From: a virus
IMG/VR virus record: IMGVR_UViG_3300003886_000002
DNA: 64,000 nucleotides
Strand: one strand, 5' to 3'
Shown one piece after another: positions 57,268-64,000 of the stretch. Position numbers and translations under genes: made by a program. The stretch's first letter is position 1; every line of letters begins with the position of its first letter. The notes under the pieces are model-generated. The model worked only from the letters and a program-made list of their open reading frames with translations. It did not search any database and was not told the DNA's origin.

Positions 57268-58060
57268 TCACAAGGCGCCCCGATATATAGCGTCAAACGC
57301 ATGAGCCGTAGCGTCATCGCTAAGCGCCCCACCATCGGGCCGTACAGGGCCAGGGGACCTATCCGAATACGCATTAGGGCCGTGGCCGCTACGCACAAAG
57401 CGATGATGCCGCGCACAACACTTGACGGCCGCCCCGATGGTGCGATGCAAAATGCAGCAGCGCCCGGTAACGGGGCCGTAGCAAGTCCAGCGAACGTAAA
57501 CGTTGTTTAGGGCGGTCATCGCCACCACCCCTCGGCTTCCCATTCCCACGGCTCAGCCTCGAACTCAATCACTTCACGTGCACGCCATTCTGCGCATCCT
57601 TGGTGGATCGTCGGGTCATCTACTGACGGCGGCCCGTAGCACTTGACGATGCTCACCGCGGCGTCGGCGTCTATCACGCCAGCCCACCTCGGAGCGGTCG
57701 GGTCGAGAGCTTCCTCACAGATGAGACATACCCCGTTCGCGACGGTCCGGGCGGCGTCCTCGAACTCACGCGTGAGCATGTCGGCGTCGTTGTTCGGGTC
57801 GATCATCGCGCACCCTCGAACAGTACGCGGCCATCATACACCTCAGGGGTGAGACCGGCATCAGCGCACCCCTCTAGGGCAACCGAACCTATGTCATCCC
57901 ATATCTCGGCGCTGATAACGCGGGGCCGGATACCGTCGCCCATGAGAAGCACCGAATCGGTGATGTCCAAGACCTTCCCTGTAGCGGGGCAGAAAATCTC
58001 GCGCTGCACCGCGTAGCGGAGAATCTCGCGGTCCGCTATCTCTTGCATCGTATCGCTCAT
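57268..58060 (-). other. operon of three small coupled hypothetical genes
   Basis: ORFs 57803-58060, 57516-57806 and 57268-57519 with ATGA overlaps behind repeat promoter 58084-58127. Confidence 0.65.
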
Positions 58061-58237
58061 GTCTCGCACCTCCTGATAGATGTTTGCTGACAAAGAAAGT
58101 CTCTCACACTATCGCGCGGCCGTCAAGCGTTTTGTTTACCAAGCACACAGATAGATACTCCAGTCCCGGGGCGCCGACACGGGCCGGAGAGTGGATGGGT
58201 CTCCGGCCCGCGGGGTCAGCGATCTGTACCCGGGGGG

Positions 58238-58660
58238 TTATGCGGCTAGCGCCTGCCGCACCTTCTCGTACTTGACGCGCTCGCCGTCACAGAAGGTCCA
58301 GGGCATAGCTACCCCGGCGACAAAGAATGCATCCCCCATGTAGTCGTACACCGTGACAGGGGCGCCGCCCTCGTCGCTCTGTGCAGATACCACGGTGCAC
58401 CACGTGCCCGTATCATCCTCCGGGTGGGTACGGCAATCTCCCAGCGACGGGTTGTGGCGTAGGGCCGTCTGTGCCATCCTGTCTAGCAGGGGGATGACAA
58501 GCGCCGCTACCCCTTCCGCCGTTTCCCTGTCGGGAAGGTACCCCGTGCTCGTCACGTACGGCGACCCTAGCATGATGTTGCCGAAGTCTAGAGAGTACCC
58601 CTCGGGGTGCTCCTCTTTACCTGCCCCTAGGGCGCCTATAGCGTCTATCACGTCTACCAT
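58238..58660 (-). CDS. hypothetical protein
   Basis: GAGGAG RBS, repeat promoter. Confidence 0.7.
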   Translation of the reverse strand: MVDVIDAIGALGAGKEEHPEGYSLDFGNIMLGSPYVTSTGYLPDRETAEGVAALVIPLLDRMAQTALRHNPSLGDCRTHPEDDTGTWCTVVSAQSDEGGAPVTVYDYMGDAFFVAGVAMPWTFCDGERVKYEKVRQALAA

Positions 58661-58805
58661 CTCGTGCTCCTCTCGGTTGCTGACAAGGGAAGTCTCCCAC
58701 GTCCGCGCGAGCATGTCAAGAGGTTTCTCAAATTCCCCCCCAACCCGAACGGGCATCCAGTCCTGTAGGGCCGGTGGGGATGATGGTCCATCCCCACCAT
58801 GTGGG

Positions 58806-59402
58806 CTACATGTTCGAGAACACGTACACGGTGCCCGAGGCTACGTGAGTCCAGATGTCGCCGCCCATCTCCCACTCGCGGCCCATGCGCTCCCAATCCA
58901 CGTAAGGGGCGAGCATGTCCGTATCGCTGGGGGTACCATGCATCCCGCAGTAGGTGTCATAGGTGTAGTCGCCCAACGAGTCCCACTCGCCGCGGTAGGC
59001 GTCACAGAACAGCTCAGACCACTCCACGGGGTCGTTTGCCTCGTCTTCGCACATACTGTGCCAAGCTGAGAATGCCACGGGGTCATGCTCCGAGAGGCAC
59101 CCGGCGAGAGCCACGATAGTCGCTAGCGACTCATGCTCTCCGATACGGATAGAGGCGAACCCCTCATAGTCGTGGATCGCCCACTCTTCTGCACCGGGGC
59201 GAGGGGAGAACTTGAGCATGCACTCTATGTCCTCCGCCAGATCATCCACGTCTGCCGGAATGTCAAGCCACTCGCCGTACATCTCCCCGTTGTTGTAGTC
59301 GCTCAGACTAGCGACATAGATACGTGGTATGCTGCAACCCCGGGAGTGGCCCGGTTCGGGTACCCCTCGTGGATTGCTGATGGTGGTCTGTAGGGTGCTC
59401 AC
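58806..59402 (-). CDS. ardA: antirestriction protein ArdA
   Basis: PRIYVASLSDYNNG..GEW, AEEWAIHDYEGF, YRGEWDS, YVDWE; very acidic. Confidence 0.9.
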   Translation of the reverse strand: MSTLQTTISNPRGVPEPGHSRGCSIPRIYVASLSDYNNGEMYGEWLDIPADVDDLAEDIECMLKFSPRPGAEEWAIHDYEGFASIRIGEHESLATIVALAGCLSEHDPVAFSAWHSMCEDEANDPVEWSELFCDAYRGEWDSLGDYTYDTYCGMHGTPSDTDMLAPYVDWERMGREWEMGGDIWTHVASGTVYVFSNM

Positions 59403-59575
59403 TATTGAACCTCCTGATAGATGTTTGCTGACAAAGAAAGTCTCTCACACTATCGCGCGGCCGTCAAGCGTTTTGTTTACCAAGCACACAGATAGATACA
59501 AACATTTGGGCTTGACTTCTGCGATGAGACGCGCGAGACTTGATGTGTCAGATACAACTATTGCCGGAGGTACCT

Positions 59576-59794
59576 ATGAATCGTTGGGAAGCGCTATACG
59601 TCGTCGCCATAACGGTGGTGGCGACCGTACTCATATGGGCGTACACCGTGACCATACACATAGACCATGCAGAAGTGACGGATACGCCGCCGTGCACCCT
59701 ATACGAGGATGGCAGCGTCTACTGTAACAGTCCAACCGGGAGCGTACCAGCCGATGGTTCAGGCTGCATCATCCAAGAATGGGGATGCCTATAG
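59576..59794 (+). CDS. small membrane-anchored Cys protein
   Basis: GGAGGT RBS; CTLYEDGSVYCNS...DGSGCIIQEWGCL. Confidence 0.75.
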   Translation: MNRWEALYVVAITVVATVLIWAYTVTIHIDHAEVTDTPPCTLYEDGSVYCNSPTGSVPADGSGCIIQEWGCL

Positions 59795-59995
59795 GGGTAC
59801 CCCCCACCCCTATGGGCAGCACCGAACACACGTTCGCCCCTACTGGACACCGACAGGCCAGATATGGGCTGAATGCTCTTTGATACATATAGATACATCT
59901 GTTTCTAATAGAGAGTCCTGTATCTAATCGGGATCGTTGTATCTAAACCATGCCGCTACCCTATGGGGAATAACCCATACGGACTCACCGCCAGG

Positions 59996-60223
59996 TCACA
60001 CGTCGGTAGCGCAACGCGGACACAGCCCCGTACGGGGGTCGAGCACAACGTCATCGTACTCCCCGCACATACCGCATTCCTCTGGGACACGGTTCAAACG
60101 CCCATAGTCCCCATAGGGATCATAAGAGTCCGATGGATCGGGTTCGCTAGGGTAGTCCCACCCGAGCGGCTCGCCCGCCTCGTTGCGGTACACCACTGCA
60201 CCTGCACCGGGAAACATGCTCAT
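59996..60223 (-). CDS. small zinc-ribbon protein
   Basis: AGGAGG RBS; CGMC..CPRC. Confidence 0.65.
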   Translation of the reverse strand: MSMFPGAGAVVYRNEAGEPLGWDYPSEPDPSDSYDPYGDYGRLNRVPEECGMCGEYDDVVLDPRTGLCPRCATDV

Positions 60224-60402
60224 GATTACCCCTCCTGTAGTTGACTATCTGACACTCACATCATCCCACGCCCGCGCGAACATGTCAAGCCCCAACCCCC
60301 CAACCCCACAGCCCCCACTATGGCATCCAGTGAAACGTCTTGACGTAAAGGAGCCCTGACCCATACAGGCCAGGGCTCCGTCTGATGTGACCGTGGGGGA
60401 GG

Positions 60403-60783
60403 CTAGAACGGGAGGCGTCCCACCATGGACTGTAGATAGTCCATGACTGCATCGTCGTTGGTTCGACGTGTTGCCCCGTCCCCCCAATCCAGGAATCGGT
60501 AGATGGCGCTGGTGTCGGCCAGCTCCCACCCGTGCCCGTCGTTGATGACTTCGATCTCTAGCTGATCGCCGGGGCCACCCGTGCTGATGGTGACGATCAA
60601 GGTGGATCGGAGATCAACTGCTAAGGCGTAGTCCTCGATCATGTCGAGCACCTCATCGGAGGTCACCTCTTCCCCCTCGATGACGCCGCCATCTTCCCCT
60701 AGGGCCTCTTGCATCTGCTCAAGGTCCCGGATTCTGCTGGCCAAGTGACCTGCTACCCGATCTTCACATGTAGGGTTACTCAT
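60403..60783 (-). CDS. hypothetical protein (paralog of 56080-56457)
   Basis: MSNPTCEDR...ISTGGPGDQLE. Confidence 0.8.
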   Translation of the reverse strand: MSNPTCEDRVAGHLASRIRDLEQMQEALGEDGGVIEGEEVTSDEVLDMIEDYALAVDLRSTLIVTISTGGPGDQLEIEVINDGHGWELADTSAIYRFLDWGDGATRRTNDDAVMDYLQSMVGRLPF

Positions 60784-61090
60784 GCGTTCACCTCCTCTAG
60801 TGACTTGCTGATAAGGGAAGCGTCTCACACTATCGCGCGGCCGTCAAGGGGGATCTTTAGAATCTTCCAACAACAGAATATGTCGACACTCCACCTACAC
60901 GCTCGGGGAACCATGGTGCAGGCAGAACCATCGTGACTGGATGCCAACCCACCGGGACTGGATAACCTTTATGGTTGTTTGGGCTGTGGGGGTTGTGTTG
61001 GGTGGAGAATTTTGAGAAACCCCTTGACTGCCGCGCGAGCATGTGGTTTACTTTTGCTGTCAGCAACAACCCCACAGAAGGAGATGACCT

Positions 61091-61348
61091 ATGCAGACCC
61101 TCTCAACAATCCTATGCATCGCTCGACTTGCCCAAGTGCAGGAGTCCCTGGTAGACGCGTACTGCCAGATGGCGCACCTCGGGACAACGACCGGCACAGA
61201 CATCCGTTACGACGAAATCGTGATGGCATCAGCAAGGTGCGGTGCAGACGTAACGGCCTCCCTCCGGGCTCTCCGGATGGACCCAATCGACAGGTGGGGC
61301 ATCTCCGCTTCCGCATCCAAGAACATCAAACGGTACCCTTGGATGTGA
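61091..61348 (+). CDS. hypothetical protein
   Basis: AAGGAG RBS, repeat promoter at 61024. Confidence 0.65.
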   Translation: MQTLSTILCIARLAQVQESLVDAYCQMAHLGTTTGTDIRYDEIVMASARCGADVTASLRALRMDPIDRWGISASASKNIKRYPWM

Positions 61349-61978
61349 CCATCGGGGTCGGGGCATGAACCCCCGGCCCCGCTCACATCCCTTTGCCGCC
61401 GCTACTGGAACACATCCGCCGGTTTTGCCGATTTTGTGTATATCTGTTGGATGTCTTTGATATAGGGCAACGCGTCTGATATAGAGCAACGCGTCTGATA
61501 GGGGATAACGCGTCTGATAGGGGATAGAGCGTTTGGGGTAGGGGGAAGTCTCTATGCGGGTGGCGCAGCATTCGTCTCTAAAATGACGAAGGCCCCCGGG
61601 CACGACAGACCGGGGACCTCGTCGCAACACGAAGGGGGGTTCGTGTGCTATGGCAGCACCCTAGCACACGGGGGTGACATCTATCTACAGGTCCTTGACG
61701 GCTACCCCCAGAGGTGTAGGATGAAAACAGATCAGGGTCCTATGAGCCCATGGGGTCTGACTGGGAAAGCAAGAACCCGCCCTGGAGTGGCTCTCCGGTA
61801 GGCGGGTTCTCGTGTCTCCAACCCCCACTCTCGTTACAGCATGGGGATCAATAACTATCACACCTGTAGGGCATAAAGGACCAACCCAATGCACCCACTC
61901 AACGAAGCCTGTAGAAGGACAAACGATGCATACACATGCTAACACAAGGTACGCTAGCTGTGCAAAAGATATCACGCC

Positions 61979-62953
61979 ATGAGCGCTGAAGCGGTCGGCT
62001 GGGTCTACAAACACTCCCCGTATGACGGAGTGAACTTCGCAGTACACCTCGCTACAGCAGACTCGGCCAATGATCTACACGAATACGAGATATGGGCAAG
62101 ACAGCAGTGGATCGCGGACAAGGCGCGGGTGTCACGCTCGGGGGTCAACAGGTTCATCAAGCAGGCTATAGATGATGGTCTCCTGCTTTTGATGGAAGAC
62201 AACAGTCGTGCAGGGCATGCCAACAGGTACCGGCTTTTGATGCCTGATGATACCCCAAAGGCGTGGTCCCCATCCACAGATACTACCCCACGGGTAGGTG
62301 TCGCACCACGCTACACCCCCCCCAATAGTACCCCGTGCCTAGGTGTAGCACCACACGACAGGGGGTGTAGCACCACGCTACAGGGGGTGTCGCACCACGC
62401 TACACATAACCCAAGAGAACCCAACAGTAACCCAACCAATACGTCGGCTCCGCCTCCTGCGACTCCTTCGGAGCCGCGCGTCTTTGATGATGACGGACTG
62501 GAACAAGTTTTAGAATCAGGAAGCGCTGAGACTGGATCAAGCGTTGACCGCGATGACTGTGTGGACAGGTTTGATAAATCTGGGCGCGCGCGCGAAATGT
62601 GTGACATGCTGGCGCGCGCGATTGAAAGTGAACATGGGTTCACCCCTAAGGTGACCGACACCCAATGGGTGCGGCCCATGGACCTGCTGTTGCGGCGTGG
62701 GGCTACAGAGTGGGCTGACCCTAAACCTATTGACCGCGAGCGGGTGGAAATGATGATCGGGTATGTTTACACTTACGGGACCGAAGGGGACCGGTTCCGT
62801 TGGGCAGACCAAATCAAGTCCCCTATGGCCCTCAGACGCCATTGGGAGAAGCTTCGGGTGTGGGCTAACAGAGAACACCAGGCAAGGGCTAAGGGCGCAA
62901 CACAGGGGTCAATCAGCGAAGCGTGGATGGTGAGGTCAGGGACAAGTGGGTAA
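61979..62953 (+). CDS. HTH replication-initiator-like protein
   Basis: MSAEAVGWVY, LATADSAND, IADKARVSRSGVNR, NRYRL; C-terminal FRWADQIKSPMALRRHWEKL. Confidence 0.75.
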   Translation: MSAEAVGWVYKHSPYDGVNFAVHLATADSANDLHEYEIWARQQWIADKARVSRSGVNRFIKQAIDDGLLLLMEDNSRAGHANRYRLLMPDDTPKAWSPSTDTTPRVGVAPRYTPPNSTPCLGVAPHDRGCSTTLQGVSHHATHNPREPNSNPTNTSAPPPATPSEPRVFDDDGLEQVLESGSAETGSSVDRDDCVDRFDKSGRAREMCDMLARAIESEHGFTPKVTDTQWVRPMDLLLRRGATEWADPKPIDRERVEMMIGYVYTYGTEGDRFRWADQIKSPMALRRHWEKLRVWANREHQARAKGATQGSISEAWMVRSGTSG

Positions 62954-64000
62954 CCCGAGTAGGAAAAACCGGCGCAGCAAACGTGCACGACGAAAGAAAA
63001 AGCAACACCGGACAGGTCACGGACAACCCCCTCCACCCGAACGTGTCATGCCCCCCGTGATGACGCCAGAGCAGATAGAGACTGCATTCGCCCCCCTCAG
63101 GAAGGCATTCGCCAATGCACGAAAACCAACACCAGAAACGTCCGATATGGAGACCAACGAAAGAGTTTCCGGTACACCCACAGAAAAGTAACCCAGACAT
63201 GAAACATGTCCCCACAAACGGATGGGCAGGACGACTCGGACAAATCACTGCGTTTACCGTAACTCTGGCCGTCGCACTGCTGTTGCTGGCCCCACTGGTG
63301 TGGGGGCTCAGGCAAGCATGGGAATGGGCTCTCGGCTAGACAACACGAACCTTGATCCAGTCATGGGGACGGTAGATCACCCGGAGGCTATCTACCGTCC
63401 CCCCGCTCATCGTGGCAGCGGCGCCCAGGAGCGTCCGTCCTCAGGGCTGTAGCCGAGAAAGGTGAGGTCAGCAGTGTTGCCGCTGAAGGTGGCGTGACCG
63501 TTCGTGAGCCCGTGGTAGGTGCACACGACCCCGACAGGCTCGTCAGGATCGTCAGGGTCATCCACTCCTGTGCCGACACCACCGCTGATGTGGGCGCCGG
63601 AAAGGATGATGCGCTGCCCCACACGGGGCAGGTTGCCGGGGATAAGTGGTCTCATGTGGTTCTCCTTTGGTTGGTTCTACCTGACAAATGCCATTATACC
63701 CCTTGGGGGTGACATGTCAAGTGGGAAGTTTATCTAACCGCGCTGACCTGTCTAGTGCTGTCGGGCTAGGCGACACGACACGTCATGAGCAAAACCTCGC
63801 GGTCCGTGCCGAACCAAGGCTTGAGCGCACCGGTTCCCACAATCGTCGGGCCGTCATGGTCCAACATGTCGGCGAGGAACCTGGGGTTGAATGCACCTGG
63901 ATCGTCGGCACCCGTAACCTGCACCGCGGGGCCGGTGAGGGTGGGTCCATCGGCTTCGCTCAGCGTCATGCGCCACACGTCGCCATATTGGACGATCCGT

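Overview
This is 64 kb of a large tailed-phage genome from an actinobacterial host (WhiB, actinobacterial-type LexA boxes; ferredoxin and SSB look Acidimicrobiia-like to me, which is an inference). 1-35 kb is mostly minus strand. It holds two DNA methyltransferases, HNH nucleases, an RNA-repair/translation-rescue set (RtcB, Rnl2-type ligase, PNK kinase, nucleotidyltransferase, Pth2, ClpP, tmRNA), 36 tRNA genes covering all 20 amino acids in four operons, a two-intein metallophosphoesterase, a 2H-phosphoesterase/head-maturation fusion and a two-intein portal. 35-46 kb holds replication/recombination genes and a third methyltransferase. 46.5-64 kb is an early-type region of small genes behind about 20 related sigma-A promoters, with SOS boxes, repeats, ArdA, a CCA-adding enzyme and several candidate sRNAs. 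Main finding: each of the four tRNA operons begins with an unannotated leader ORF whose codons match the amino acids of the tRNAs downstream, with potential RNA pairing at or near the stop codon. This looks like a ribosome-based tRNA-availability sensor that controls phage tRNA operons. Second finding: a Pro-stop-Pro (CCA TAA CCG) interruption in a methyltransferase catalytic motif, which a ribosomal hop would repair exactly. All calls were made by eye; no database searches were run.
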